The notes: generated from the sequence alone by a model not told the origin. Numbered from the stretch's first letter, positions 38,809 through 49,052 are shown. The stretch: 64,000 nucleotides of DNA from an uncultured Patescibacteria group bacterium (GCA_905478415.1 CAJQIG010000002.1:314699-378698), one strand, 5' to 3'. A program made the numbers and translations.

Positions 38809-39627
38809 ATGTCACAAAAAACAATTCTGCATCATATCGATGATTATGTAGCTGGAGGACTCGAATTCGCTGAAATCGATACTCGGCTGTATCAGAACAT
38901 TAATGACCCTGAAGCTGTTTTTATTCATGACCTTTCTGTTCCTTCTCTTGATACGGTGGCGCTGGGATTTGTAACTTCACAACTTGCAAATGCACCTTTT
39001 GATGGCCGAATGGTTATCTATGGCAATTGCGCCCCTCGTCGAACTTCCGAAAAAGCTCAAAAAAATAACATTGATCATGGAATTAAGTATGCCAAGCTCA
39101 AAAATGGTGTCGAGATTATTAATGTATGGTCTGAATCTGCCTTTGGATTTGTGAAAAATGACATTGTCGAGTTTAGAGATCTCAACTGTCCCAACTCTGG
39201 TTCTCAGTTTCGCTCACGCGACTTTTTTCCAGTTGTTGTAGCTCAAATTGTCAATGGTGACTACTCTGCTTTAGGAGCTGAACTTAATGTTGACGATATC
39301 CCTGAAATTCCAAACAACACGGTCTCTTGGACTGATGGCTTTGGAAATGTGAAGACGACCATGCGAAAATCAGACCTTGAAAAGATGGATTTGCATCCTG
39401 GCGACAAGGTGCAGGTCATCATGAATGGTGTTTCTATGTTAGGAGTTGTCTCTATTGGTGGCTTCCAGGTTGATCGAGGAGTTTTAGCAATTAATGCTGG
39501 CTCATCTGGGTATGATAATCCTTTTATTGAATTGTTTTTACGGGTACATAAAATTTCTGAAAAAACTGCTGCAGTTCGATTTGGATATCCAACTGGGGGC
39601 ACAGAGTTTGAAATTAAACCGTTATAA
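38809..39627 (+). CDS. SAM hydroxide adenosyltransferase / halogenase (DUF62) family protein
   Basis: HIDDY, NCAPR, QFRSRDFFP, TDGFGNVKTT; SD AAGGAG. Confidence 0.8.
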   Translation: MSQKTILHHIDDYVAGGLEFAEIDTRLYQNINDPEAVFIHDLSVPSLDTVALGFVTSQLANAPFDGRMVIYGNCAPRRTSEKAQKNNIDHGIKYAKLKNGVEIINVWSESAFGFVKNDIVEFRDLNCPNSGSQFRSRDFFPVVVAQIVNGDYSALGAELNVDDIPEIPNNTVSWTDGFGNVKTTMRKSDLEKMDLHPGDKVQVIMNGVSMLGVVSIGGFQVDRGVLAINAGSSGYDNPFIELFLRVHKISEKTAAVRFGYPTGGTEFEIKPL

Positions 39628-39649
39628 GTTTGTACAGAGTACATTGAAG

Positions 39650-39678
39650 AGGCTGCTCTCTTGAGGGCAGCCTTTTTT
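39650..39678 (+). terminator. intrinsic terminator
   Basis: AGGCTGCTCTC-tt-GAGGGCAGCCT plus T-tract. Confidence 0.85.
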
Positions 39679-39722
39679 ACTGCTTGCTCATTGGTTTTGA
39701 TTATTGTTACTATGGGTTCACT

Positions 39723-40736
39723 ATGAAAAAAACCCTACCCACCCTCCTTTTAGTAGTCTTTTTGCTTCAGTTGGCACAACTGCCTGCTTTAGCCATGGAG
39801 ATAGTTGTATCAGATTCTGGATCAATTTCTTTTTACAATGATCAAGTGCTAGGCCGAGAAGATCGTGGACAAGAGGATCGCGAGGATGAAAAAGAAAATG
39901 AACGAGAACGTGAAGAAGAGAACGAGCGTGAGGATGAAAGTGAAAACGAACGAGAACGTGAAAAGCAGGAAGATCATGAGAGGGAGTATGTTCGAGACGC
40001 TCGTCCAAGTACCACTGTGCCTCGATCGACCAATACACAGATGAGAGTATCCACTGACAAGCAAAGAATTAATGTCCGTCTTGAGGATAAAGAGGACTCA
40101 ATTCGGATGGATACCGGTAAAGTTGACCTCAGAACTGAGCGAAAAGCAACGACTGATCGTCTCAAAGTTGAAGCTTCTTCTGAGCTTAAAGATCGAGCTA
40201 TAGAACGAAAAGAAGTCAGACAAGAAAATATTGAAGAGAGAAAAGAAGTGAGATCAGAGGCAGCAGAGAAAGCCCGAGAAGAACGACGTGAGCGAAAAGA
40301 AGAAAAAATTGAAATTCAAAGTGAACGCTGAGCCGATGGAACGACTGAGTTTCAGTTTGAGTCTCGAAATGTAAAGGCCAACCTTAAAAATGCTGAATTT
40401 GTTCTCGACCCAGAGACTAATGAAGTTACTGTAATTGGACCAAATGGCCAAGAAAAAGTCCTCTCACATTTGCCAGATCAAGCAATTGAGAGAATGACGG
40501 CCAAAGGTTTCTTTGATAATATCCCAGGAGTTCTTCCTGAAGATGTCGAACTAGAGCTCGAGACTCGTGAAGATGGACGTGTAGTCTACTCAACAGTTGT
40601 TGAGAAAGAAGAAAAGCTTCTTGGTTTCTTCACTCGAAAAGTAGATACAAAACTAGAAATGGATGACGAAACTGGCGAAGTCACTGAAACTAGAGTTCAA
40701 AACAGATCCTTTTTAGGTCGACTGCTTGGATTCTAA
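39723..40736 (+). pseudogene. secreted E/R-rich protein interrupted by one in-frame TGA (40329-40331)
   Basis: Signal peptide present; the frame stays open after TGA (ADGTTEFQFESRNV...) into ORF 40470..40736, which is in the same frame. Confidence 0.7.
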
Positions 40737-40755
40737 AAAGATAGAGGAAAAAATG

Positions 40756-40787
40756 AAAGCCCGCTCCGAATGAAGCGGGCTTTTTTT
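40756..40787. terminator. terminator between convergent gene and tRNA-Cys
   Basis: AAAGCCCGCT...AGCGGGCTTT plus Ts. Confidence 0.85.
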
Positions 40788-40791
40788 GTTG

Positions 40792-40865
40792 AGGCACGGA
40801 TGGGATTCGAACCCACGAACGAAGGTTTTGCAGACCTCGCCATTAGACCACTCTGGTACCGCGCC
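40792..40865 (-). tRNA. tRNA-Cys(GCA)
   Basis: Acceptor GGCGCGG/CCGTGCC, anticodon loop CTGCAAA, U discriminator; CCA not encoded. Confidence 0.97.
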
Positions 40866-40926
40866 AAGATGTCTGTGTGACATTATACAAGGAAATAAGG
40901 TTTTTTGAAGGCAGGTAATAGAAAAG

Positions 40927-40957
40927 AAAAAAGCCACCAATGAATGGTGGCTTTTTG
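40927..40957. terminator. intrinsic terminator
   Basis: AAAAAGCCACCA-atgaa-TGGTGGCTTTTT. Confidence 0.85.
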
Positions 40958-40976
40958 TTTTGTTTGTTCATCGCAT

Positions 40977-41510
40977 TTAAAATTTGAACAAATGCTTCAC
41001 AAAATCGCGATTGATCACAAGAAATGCAATTGTATCGATATGTTCTGTAAACAAAGGGAATTCTTCCCCTGTATTTACCATTGCAAACCGATACTTTTTG
41101 GTTGGTCCAACTCCCAACGATACATAAAGTATAGGGGTTTCATTATCAACTTTCCCCAAATATTTGAATTCAGTCCCAGTAGGCAGGTCTAAATTAAACG
41201 CACCTCTGAGAGGAATTTCAATAGCCGTGAGATGGGCAACCCATTCTTGAGTGATCGGAGGGCTATAGGTGAGAATAAAATTCTTTGTTCCTTTATCAGG
41301 TTGCAGAATCGAAACCTCTTGGTTTTGATTCTGCAAGTTAGTCTCAATTTGAAAAGTAAAAAAATCAGTACCTAAACCTTGATCAACAACCCGTACGTAC
41401 AGGCACGGGATGGCATTAATCCACCTGACGCAAAGTGGTGCAGACTGCACCGGTAGGCGCAAGGTGAATAGTGCTTCCTCGGGCAACGGATATTTCCAAA
41501 CTTGGTTCAT
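40977..41510 (-). CDS. hypothetical protein with two tandem copies of a small beta-rich domain
   Basis: VWKYPL..FTLRLP...PCLYVRV and IEIPL..FNLDLP...PILYVSL...FAMVNTG repeat each other; strong SD AAGGAGG. Confidence 0.7.
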   Translation of the reverse strand: MNQVWKYPLPEEALFTLRLPVQSAPLCVRWINAIPCLYVRVVDQGLGTDFFTFQIETNLQNQNQEVSILQPDKGTKNFILTYSPPITQEWVAHLTAIEIPLRGAFNLDLPTGTEFKYLGKVDNETPILYVSLGVGPTKKYRFAMVNTGEEFPLFTEHIDTIAFLVINRDFVKHLFKF

Positions 41511-41530
41511 GAGAGAACCTCCTTTTGTTG

Positions 41531-41612
41531 TGTGAACGAACAGCAATCTTTTATAAAATATCTGTTTTGCGCTTGAAAACAGTTGTTTATTGAAAGCAGG
41601 GGTATTTTACCA
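41531..41612 (-). promoter_or_regulatory. extended -10 promoter, 5' hairpin and boxA-like motif
   Basis: TGgTAAAAT(41604-12); imperfect stem 41543-41598 (core CTGTTTT/AAAACAG); GTTCGTTCACA(41531-41). Confidence 0.55.
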
Positions 41613-41692
41613 TATGTTATGGGATAGTGTTAGTCAGAATGGAACTTTTAACGTCCGCCTTTGACATTTCCTTGGTATAATGGAGCCTCGTT

Positions 41693-42853
41693 ATGAAAGC
41701 AAAAAAAACCTATTACATCCATACCTTTGGTTGTCAGTCCAATAAGTCAGACAGTGAACGAATTGCTGGCGACTATGCTGCCAGAGGCTACAGTGAAGCC
41801 AAAAGCTGGCAAGAGTGCGATGACCTGATTGTGAATACTTGTGCTATTCGACAGCGGGCAGAACATAGGGCCCGTGGGTTTCTCCATGGGGTGGTGGTTC
41901 ACTTTCATAAGTTAGGCAAGCAGCGACCAAAAATTATTTTAACTGGATGTATGGTGCATCATGGCTACGACAAGTTGTATAAAATGATGCCGATGGTCGA
42001 TGAGATTTTGCCGATTAATGAAGTTGGTTTTAATCAGGCCGCGATTCGTAAAGATAAAAAGCATGCCTGGATTCCAATTTCAACAGGTTGTAACTCGTTT
42101 TGTACGTACTGTATTGTCCCCTACTCTCGTGGTCGTGAGCAGTCACGCCCGTTTGAAGAGATTATGCAAGAAGTTGAGCGTTTGGTGGCCGAAGGCTACA
42201 GTGAAATTACGCTTTTAGGAATGAATGTAAACTCGTGGGGACTCGAAAAGGTTGGTATCGGGTTTCGAAAAATGATGATGGAACATCAAGAGTTTACTCG
42301 AGAAGATTTGCCTTCAAACCAATCTCAATACTTAACTCCCGAAGGTATTCCCCCATTTGTAAAGTTGCTTCGGGCTGTAACGGCGTTTGATGAAATAGTC
42401 AAAGTTCGATTTATGAGTAGTAACCCTTGGGACTTCCATGAAGAGTTGATTGCAGAAGTGGGAAAGAATAAAAAAATTGATCGCTATGTTCACTTGCCGG
42501 TTCAATCTGGCAGTGACGCAGTTTTGTATCGTATGAATCGTGGGTATACTCGCCAACAGTACCTTGATATTGTGACTAAACTGCGGACAGCAGATCCCGA
42601 AATTGTGATTGGCACTGACATTATCGTTGGTTTTCCTGGTGAGACTGACGAAGAGTTTGCGGACACGGTTGATTTAGCTAAACAAGTTGATTGGAAAGTT
42701 GGGTTTGTGGCTATGTATTCTCCACGGCCAGGTACCGCGAGCTGGAAGCTATATGCAGACGATATTCCTCACAAAGTTAAGAAAAAACGATGGGAAATTC
42801 TTGATCAAATTATCAACAAAGATAACTTGCAAGAGCGCCCTATTGTGGTGTAA
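41693..42853 (+). CDS. miaB: tRNA methylthiotransferase MiaB (radical SAM, no TRAM domain)
   Basis: TFGCQSN, NTCAIR, GCNSFCTYCIVP, HLPVQSGS, DIIVGFPGET; adjacent to miaA. Confidence 0.9.
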   Translation: MKAKKTYYIHTFGCQSNKSDSERIAGDYAARGYSEAKSWQECDDLIVNTCAIRQRAEHRARGFLHGVVVHFHKLGKQRPKIILTGCMVHHGYDKLYKMMPMVDEILPINEVGFNQAAIRKDKKHAWIPISTGCNSFCTYCIVPYSRGREQSRPFEEIMQEVERLVAEGYSEITLLGMNVNSWGLEKVGIGFRKMMMEHQEFTREDLPSNQSQYLTPEGIPPFVKLLRAVTAFDEIVKVRFMSSNPWDFHEELIAEVGKNKKIDRYVHLPVQSGSDAVLYRMNRGYTRQQYLDIVTKLRTADPEIVIGTDIIVGFPGETDEEFADTVDLAKQVDWKVGFVAMYSPRPGTASWKLYADDIPHKVKKKRWEILDQIINKDNLQERPIVV

Positions 42854-42862
42854 CGAGTCTCT

Positions 42863-43819
42863 ATGAAACATCCACTGTTAAGTATCATTGGCACTACCGC
42901 GACTGGAAAGACATCGCTGGCTTTGGAGCTTGCAAACCAGGTTCTTGCTGATGGTTTATATTCTGGGGTCGATATAATTTCAGTAGATTCTCGTCAGGTA
43001 TATGCCAATTTACCTATCCTTTCTGGGGCTGATGTGCCCGCTGGTTTTATAAGAACCATGTCAGAATCTGAGTATCCTCAACCATTGTATGCGAAGCCAG
43101 AGTCTTCGATTTTCTTGCATGGGGTATCGATTCTAAATGCTGATGAAGAGTGGTCTGTAGCCCAGTTTCAAGCATTCGCACTACAAATTTTAGCTGTTTC
43201 TTTACAGAAAAATCACTTGCCTATTCTTGTTGGAGGTACTGGTCTATATCACCAACAGCTTTTTTTAGATGATCCGCACTTACTCATTCCTCCCAATGAC
43301 GCTTGGCGTGCAGAGGCGGCTACGTTGTCTTTAGTAGAATTACAAACTAAGTTGAAACTGATGAATCCTGAGAAATATAAGGCTTTAAATAACTCTGATC
43401 TTCATAATCCACGCAGATTACAGCGTGCTATTGAAATCTCGCTCGCTGACGTTCCAGTTTTTCCTGAGTGGCAACGGGATGTAGCTACAGAGTATCAACA
43501 GCAGTTTGTGGGTTTGTCACTTCATTTAGAAATTCTAGAGCAACGCATTAAAGATCGGATTGAAAAGCGACTGGCACAAGGTGTTATAGATGAATGCACT
43601 CATTTTTTAGAAAACTATACTGATACAACTTTAGCTCACTCTACCTTGGGTTTGGCTTCTCTTTCGAGCTACATCCAAGGAACAACAACTAGTGATCAGC
43701 TCAAAGAAAGTTGGTTGCTGGAAGAGTTGCAATACGCCAAACGACAGCAAGTGTGGTGGAAAAAACAGTCGAATATCTTGTGGTACGATGCACAACAACT
43801 CGAGGGTATTGCCGAGTGA
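42863..43819 (+). CDS. miaA: tRNA dimethylallyltransferase
   Basis: GTTATGKT, DSRQVY, VGGTGLY, RRLQRAIE, YAKRQ. Confidence 0.93.
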   Translation: MKHPLLSIIGTTATGKTSLALELANQVLADGLYSGVDIISVDSRQVYANLPILSGADVPAGFIRTMSESEYPQPLYAKPESSIFLHGVSILNADEEWSVAQFQAFALQILAVSLQKNHLPILVGGTGLYHQQLFLDDPHLLIPPNDAWRAEAATLSLVELQTKLKLMNPEKYKALNNSDLHNPRRLQRAIEISLADVPVFPEWQRDVATEYQQQFVGLSLHLEILEQRIKDRIEKRLAQGVIDECTHFLENYTDTTLAHSTLGLASLSSYIQGTTTSDQLKESWLLEELQYAKRQQVWWKKQSNILWYDAQQLEGIAE

Positions 43820-43850
43820 CTTCCCCAAACTCCTCCTGTATACTAAAGTC

Positions 43851-44864
43851 ATGTTCTCATACTTTAAAGACAAACACACGGTATCTATAGATCCAGTTTC
43901 TTTTCTCTATATTTTAGGAATTATCATCACGCTGTTTTTTTTAGTTAAGATTGAGCCAATTTTAGTGCTACTCATGCTGGCATTTATCATTACCGTTGCC
44001 GTGAATCCATTAGTAGTCATTCTGCAGAAAAAGGTAAAAGCTCCGAAACCAGTTGCTATCGCACTTTCATATCTTTTTATCATTATTGTAGGTATTTCGT
44101 TTGTGGGGTTAATTATTCCTCCGCTCGCAGCTCAGTTTATTGGATTTATAAATAATATTTCATTACCTGGTTTTGAAAAATACTTTAAAGAAATTAACTT
44201 TACCTTGCAAGAAGTTAGCCAGTTAGTGCAACAGATGAGTGAGTCAGCTTCAGTCGCACTGAGTATTATTACCTCAACTTTTAACGGTATTTTTACTTTT
44301 ATGACCGTGTTTGTACTTTCGTTCTACTTGATGCTCGAACGTGATACCTTGCACAAGAAAGCCTATTGGTTTACTCAAGATACAAAAATTGTGAAGCAAG
44401 TTGCAGAGTTTATTGACCAAGCGGAAGAGCAACTTGGAGGTTGGGTTCGGGGTCAATTATTATTGATGCTAGCTGTAGGAGTAGTTACCTTTATTGGATT
44501 GACTATTTTGAGGGTTCCTTATGCTTTGCCTTTAGCATTGACCGCTGGTTTGCTTGAAATTTTGCCAAACTTAGGTCCAACCATAGCTGCAGTTCCAGCA
44601 ATTGCAATTGCAACCATTACTTTTGGTCCAGTGAGTGGTTTATTAACTCTTTTGTTCTATATTATTGTGCAACAACTGGAAAATAATATCCTTGTTCCTA
44701 AGATTATGGCAGTAAATGCACATGTGAGCCCAATTGTAGCTATAGTAGCTATTCTTATTGGTTTAGAATTGGCTGGCATTGTTGGTGCATTCCTGGCGAT
44801 TCCTGTGTATATTGTGATCAGACTTGTATACGCTACATTTTTTTATAAGCCCCGAAAAAAATAA
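43851..44864 (+). CDS. AI-2E family transporter
   Basis: GWVRGQL, EILPNLGP, QQLENNILVPKIM. Confidence 0.9.
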   Translation: MFSYFKDKHTVSIDPVSFLYILGIIITLFFLVKIEPILVLLMLAFIITVAVNPLVVILQKKVKAPKPVAIALSYLFIIIVGISFVGLIIPPLAAQFIGFINNISLPGFEKYFKEINFTLQEVSQLVQQMSESASVALSIITSTFNGIFTFMTVFVLSFYLMLERDTLHKKAYWFTQDTKIVKQVAEFIDQAEEQLGGWVRGQLLLMLAVGVVTFIGLTILRVPYALPLALTAGLLEILPNLGPTIAAVPAIAIATITFGPVSGLLTLLFYIIVQQLENNILVPKIMAVNAHVSPIVAIVAILIGLELAGIVGAFLAIPVYIVIRLVYATFFYKPRKK

Positions 44865-44929
44865 GTTTTTTTGTTAGTACGCTTTTTGTTCCCTCGAGAC
44901 ATATTTCTCAGTTAGAGGTATACTATGCC

Positions 44930-45285
44930 TAACTGCAAAGACCAGGTAATGGCTGGCACGCTTGCGTGTCAGAGGAAAGTCCGGACAGCTGAACAGAGGG
45001 TGTTACACGAAATTTTTGGATTTCCAAAAGCCAAGTGTAAGATTTCACTTTGTGAAAGACAGTTAGAGCAACAGTGACGAGTCGGGTGGCGCCGAATGAA
45101 ACGACCAAGCTACTGGGTGTGCGTATACCAACTTTGGTATACGAGCGGCAATCCTCCCTGCTGCAACTGGCGAACTTCACCGTATTGGATCTGTTCTCGA
45201 GTCTCTTCGTGAGACCGGTGATAAAGTCCCAGGCATAGATAGATCATTACCATATACAGAATCCGGCTTATGGTCTTTGCAGTTA
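44930..45285 (+). ncRNA. rnpB: RNase P RNA
   Basis: GAGGAAAGTCCGG and ACAGAATCCGGCTTA conserved motifs; terminal helix TAACTGCAAAGACCA/TGGTCTTTGCAGTTA; TATACT just upstream. Confidence 0.95.
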
Positions 45286-45374
45286 CAAAAAAATGCGCAA
45301 GAAGGCTTGGTAGTGTACAATGAGTAGAACACCAGTTTTTTTACATCATTGGTGAAGCTAGTCTGAAAGGAAGT

Positions 45375-46058
45375 ATGTATCAATCATTTATAACTTCGGT
45401 CCAACTGTTTGCATCTGAGACGCTGGTGTCTCTAGCAGACTATATTCCCTCAATTTTAGGTGCATTGTTGCTGTTAATTGTCGGTTCCTTTTTTGCAAAT
45501 GCGCTTCGTGGCATAGTGGTGAAACTGTTTGAATCCCTGCATGTTTCGAAAGCAGTCAAGAATACTCCAATCGAACACTTTCTCCAAAATGCTGAGATTA
45601 AACCAAAGCTAGAAGTGCTGGTTGGTAGTGTAGTGTATTGGTTGGTCATGTTAGTTATCTTGCAGTCTGTTGTTGCAATTTTAGGACTGACTTCTTTGTC
45701 TGTGTTACTGGCCACCGTTTTATCATATATACCTCGAGTAATTGCAGCAGTGGTAGTTCTCTTCTTTGGAGTCTTATTAGCAGGCTTAGTTGAGTCTGTC
45801 ATTAAAGGCGCGCTCAAGACAATTGATTCTGGTACTTCTCGATTATTTAGTAAGGTTGCAAGCTATTTAGTGGTCACTGTTACCGTGATGGCTTCTATCT
45901 CCGAACTAGGGATCGCTAACGAATTTATCCTGATTTTATTTGTCGGGTTTGTTATTGCGCTCTCTCTTGGATTTGGATTAGCATTAGGACTTGGAGGACA
46001 GGATCTTGTTAAAGATCTTCTGAAGGAATGGTACAAAAAAACTAAAAAAGGCGAGTAA
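45375..46058 (+). CDS. TM-helix-repeat protein (MscS/CmpX-like N-terminal domain)
   Basis: YIPSILGALLLL and YIPRVIAAVVVL repeats; GLALGLGG. Confidence 0.8.
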   Translation: MYQSFITSVQLFASETLVSLADYIPSILGALLLLIVGSFFANALRGIVVKLFESLHVSKAVKNTPIEHFLQNAEIKPKLEVLVGSVVYWLVMLVILQSVVAILGLTSLSVLLATVLSYIPRVIAAVVVLFFGVLLAGLVESVIKGALKTIDSGTSRLFSKVASYLVVTVTVMASISELGIANEFILILFVGFVIALSLGFGLALGLGGQDLVKDLLKEWYKKTKKGE

Positions 46059-46064
46059 TAGTCC

Positions 46065-46847
46065 ATGACTTTGTTCCAAGCACTTTTTCTGGGTTTAACT
46101 CAGGGATTGACTGAGTTTCTTCCGGTTTCAAGTTCTGGTCACCTAGCTTTGTCTCAGTATTTCTTTGGCATAACTGAGAGTTCACTTTCGTTTGATGTGT
46201 TTTTACATTTTTCTACGCTCTTGGCTGTAGTACTTTTCTTTTGGAAGCGAATAGTTGCTTTGAAGGTTAAAGACCTATGGCTTATTGCAATGAGTGCCAT
46301 TCCAGCAGCTGTAATTGGATTAGTAGCCAAAGAAAGTATCGAGAGCTTTTTCTCTTCTCTGCCACTTGTTCTTGTAACTCTCTTTGTAACAGGTCTGATT
46401 AATTTGAGTGTGGCTTCTGTATTAAAGAAGCGTGAAACGTTAGCAGACGCGACCGAAGCATTGACTCCGAAAAAATCATTTTTTGTGGGCTTATTTCAAG
46501 CAGTTGCTTTATTACCAGGTATTTCTCGATCTGGGTCAACAGTATTTGGTGGAGTCTTAGCTAAACTGCCTCGTCGTGAAGCTTTTGAGTTTTCTTTTTT
46601 GATGAGCATTCCAATTATTTTTGGAGGCAGTATGTTACAGCTCTTTGATGTGTATCAAGCTGATCAACTTGCTACTATTGATTTGGGTTTGTTTCTAACA
46701 GGTGGTGTAGCTGCATTTTTGGCAGGTATTATTAGTTTACAAGTTTTCAAATACGTAATCGAAAAGGCAAAACTTGAGTGGTTTGGGTGGTACTGTATTT
46801 CACTTGTAGTTTTTGTAGTGCTTTTTGAAATGGTTCCACGCTTGTAA
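46065..46847 (+). CDS. uppP: undecaprenyl-diphosphate phosphatase
   Basis: QGLTEFLPVSSSGH; PGISRSG. Confidence 0.97.
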   Translation: MTLFQALFLGLTQGLTEFLPVSSSGHLALSQYFFGITESSLSFDVFLHFSTLLAVVLFFWKRIVALKVKDLWLIAMSAIPAAVIGLVAKESIESFFSSLPLVLVTLFVTGLINLSVASVLKKRETLADATEALTPKKSFFVGLFQAVALLPGISRSGSTVFGGVLAKLPRREAFEFSFLMSIPIIFGGSMLQLFDVYQADQLATIDLGLFLTGGVAAFLAGIISLQVFKYVIEKAKLEWFGWYCISLVVFVVLFEMVPRL

Positions 46848-46858
46848 CATTGTCTCAC

Positions 46859-47476
46859 CTATTTTTTTCCAAAATGAGCAACTACAATACATTTGTAGTT
46901 GGGGTCTTCGACGCTGTCACAATCAATAGCTAAGCCTATATCTGTATAGACAGAATCAAGCATTTGTTTATTATGTGTTTCGCTTTTAAGCCATGCCTGG
47001 AAAATGTCCCACTCACTGCCAATATTGAACGCTAAATTTTCACCTGCTTTTTGATATTGATAGCCTGCCACTTGGATGAAGTGCCAAGTTGATTGTTGGT
47101 CGGGATCTTCGTGTCGGAAGTACTCTTTTTCAATCATGTCCGAAAGTTTCAGTTGAGCTGATGCTTCCAACTGTGCATTTGGTTGTAATTTTGGCAGATT
47201 GAAATTTTCTCGGTGGGCATTGATGAGCAAGTAAAGTTTTGATGCCGAGAGTGAGTACTGAGTTTTTCCAAGCACTTGTGCTGTTTCTGCTGATGCCTCA
47301 GGGCTTGAAAGAGGCTCTACTGCAATTTCTGTGGAAGTATCCATTGGACGAGCTACAGTCTCCTTTTGCTGAGTTGTGGCAGCTGTGTAGATAAAGAAAA
47401 ATGAAGTTACCAACAGTACCGAGAAGATAACAGTAAAGAACAGTAATATTGGTTTAGCCCATACAGGAATCTTCAT
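46859..47476 (-). CDS. CAP (SCP-like) domain membrane-anchored protein
   Basis: INAHR, YFRH, AGENLA, WLKSETH, VVAHFG. Confidence 0.88.
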   Translation of the reverse strand: MKIPVWAKPILLFFTVIFSVLLVTSFFFIYTAATTQQKETVARPMDTSTEIAVEPLSSPEASAETAQVLGKTQYSLSASKLYLLINAHRENFNLPKLQPNAQLEASAQLKLSDMIEKEYFRHEDPDQQSTWHFIQVAGYQYQKAGENLAFNIGSEWDIFQAWLKSETHNKQMLDSVYTDIGLAIDCDSVEDPNYKCIVVAHFGKK

Positions 47477-47483
47477 TGTGTTG

Positions 47484-48872
47484 CTATTGTATGCGAAACT
47501 GTAGTGCTTCCGCAATGTGGTCTGCCAAAATACTCTTTTTCCCATCGAGGAGAGCAATTGTTTGGGCCACTTTTTTACAGTTATGATATCTTCTAGCTGA
47601 AAGATAGAGTTTACTATTTGCTTTATAGAGGAGTTTTGAGGCTGCATCGCTCAGTGGCAGGAAAAGCTGTGAAGTGGGTGCTGTTTTTTTATGTTGGGTG
47701 AGTTGTGCTGAGGTGCGAGCCACGTCTTTCTTGAGTTGATCGAGAGTTGCTTCAGAAAAATTTTGATGAGTGTTTTGAAGTTCCTCAGGAGAAAGAGCGG
47801 GCACATACACCTGAAGCGAAAAGCGATCCTTTAATGGGCCATCAATTTTTTTTGAGTATAGGTTGAGTTGGTGGCGAGTGCAGGTGCAGGTTTTTTTTGT
47901 GGAGTTTTTAAAACCACACTGGCAGGGGTTCATGGCTGCAAGTAGAGTGAAGTCACACGGAGCTGGTTTTGAGGCTGTAAGAGAAAGAATCGTAGCTTCC
48001 ATTGGTTGTCGAAGGGCCACAAGGTTTTTTTTTGAAAATTCGGGCAGTTCATCTAAAAATAAGATACCACTGTGTGCTAGTGAGAGTTCTCCTGGTTGTG
48101 AGGACCTCTCTGTTCCAATGAGGGTTGTTTGAGAACAACTCTGGTGTGGAGCACGAAATGGCGCGGTTGGGGGAAGTAATTCCTTTGCTGCCTGTGCAAG
48201 CATAGTTTTTCCATTTCCCGGTGGCCCAATCATCAACAGGTGATGTTTGCCAGCCACGGCAATGCTCAGGGCACGCTTGGCGATGGCTTGACCTTTAACT
48301 GTAGTAAAGCTGGGGGAGTTTTTCTGATTTTTCTGATCTGAAGGGGTAAATGTGGGTAGCGGTGTTTGGGACCGACAATGTTGCATATAGTTGGCAACTG
48401 ATTCGAGTGGATGTAAGGTGACGCCTTGTATTTGGCTCAATTCTACATAGTTTTCTTGGGGGATGACAAAGTTAGTATAGCCTTGAGTTTGGGCAAATAA
48501 AATGAGTTTTGAAGCATTGGCTATTTTTTTTAGTGATCCGTCGAGAGACAGCTCTCCTAGATAGATGGTTTTGTTGTTTTCTTCTAGCGCAACTCCCAGT
48601 AACTTGAGAAGTCCAACGGCGATTGCAAATTCGAGGGTACTGCCGCTTTTTTTCAATTCTGCAGGTGCTAAGTTAATTACCACTCGCTTATGTGGCAATC
48701 GAATGCCAGCTTGCGTGAGTACGGTGGTAATTCTTTCTCGAGACTCACTCACTGTTTTGGAAGCCAGTCCGATGATCACAAACTTTGGTAGGCCGCCACT
48801 GGCGGTAATTTCTACATCGGTGATGTGGAGGGTTTGACCCGTGGTGCTGACACTGTGGGTTCGAGAAAACAT
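47484..48872 (-). CDS. comM: YifB/ComM family Mg-chelatase-like ATPase
   Basis: VSESRERI, INLAPA, GPPGNGKT, PFRAPH, GELSLAHSGILFLDE, AAMNPCQCG. Confidence 0.9.
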   Translation of the reverse strand: MFSRTHSVSTTGQTLHITDVEITASGGLPKFVIIGLASKTVSESRERITTVLTQAGIRLPHKRVVINLAPAELKKSGSTLEFAIAVGLLKLLGVALEENNKTIYLGELSLDGSLKKIANASKLILFAQTQGYTNFVIPQENYVELSQIQGVTLHPLESVANYMQHCRSQTPLPTFTPSDQKNQKNSPSFTTVKGQAIAKRALSIAVAGKHHLLMIGPPGNGKTMLAQAAKELLPPTAPFRAPHQSCSQTTLIGTERSSQPGELSLAHSGILFLDELPEFSKKNLVALRQPMEATILSLTASKPAPCDFTLLAAMNPCQCGFKNSTKKTCTCTRHQLNLYSKKIDGPLKDRFSLQVYVPALSPEELQNTHQNFSEATLDQLKKDVARTSAQLTQHKKTAPTSQLFLPLSDAASKLLYKANSKLYLSARRYHNCKKVAQTIALLDGKKSILADHIAEALQFRIQ

Positions 48873-48925
48873 GGTTTTAGTATAGAGAAGCATTCTGACA
48901 AGAAGCGTGTAAGCAAGCTTAGATC

Positions 48926-49022
48926 TTGAAATTATAGGTCTAAATGATATAATCTAACCTAGAATTTCGCAGCTTATCTATTTTTTTGCAGATGTAGCGT
49001 GCGAAGTTCTCGTACGTTAACA
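48926..49022 (+). promoter_or_regulatory. sigma70 promoter, 5' hairpin and boxA-like motif
   Basis: TTGAAA(48926-31)-16 bp-TATAAT(48948-53) with TG extension; stem AGAATTTCGCA(48961-71)/TGCGAAGTTCT(49000-10); GTACGTTAACA(49012-22). Confidence 0.6.
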
Positions 49023-49052
49023 CTGCATATATTTTTTGAGGAGAAACACCAA

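Noticed and set aside
39860-39975. GAA/CGA-rich near-tandem repeats resembling a CRISPR or minisatellite
   Set aside because: They are coding E/R/D low-complexity repeats with no unique spacers, and no cas genes are present.
40329-40331. Genetic code 25/4 (TGA recoding) or selenocysteine
   Set aside because: All other genes are intact in code 11 and several end in TGA. The context is not a redox motif.
28312-40787. Similar terminator stems AAAGCCCGCT/AGCGGGCTTT at 28313 and 40756, and GCCAGG/CCTGGC at 7051 and 17475, as a REP-like family
   Set aside because: There are only two copies of each, short and in ordinary terminator positions.
44929-45383. Minus-strand ORFs of 83 and 68 aa
   Set aside because: They overlap the RNase P RNA gene.
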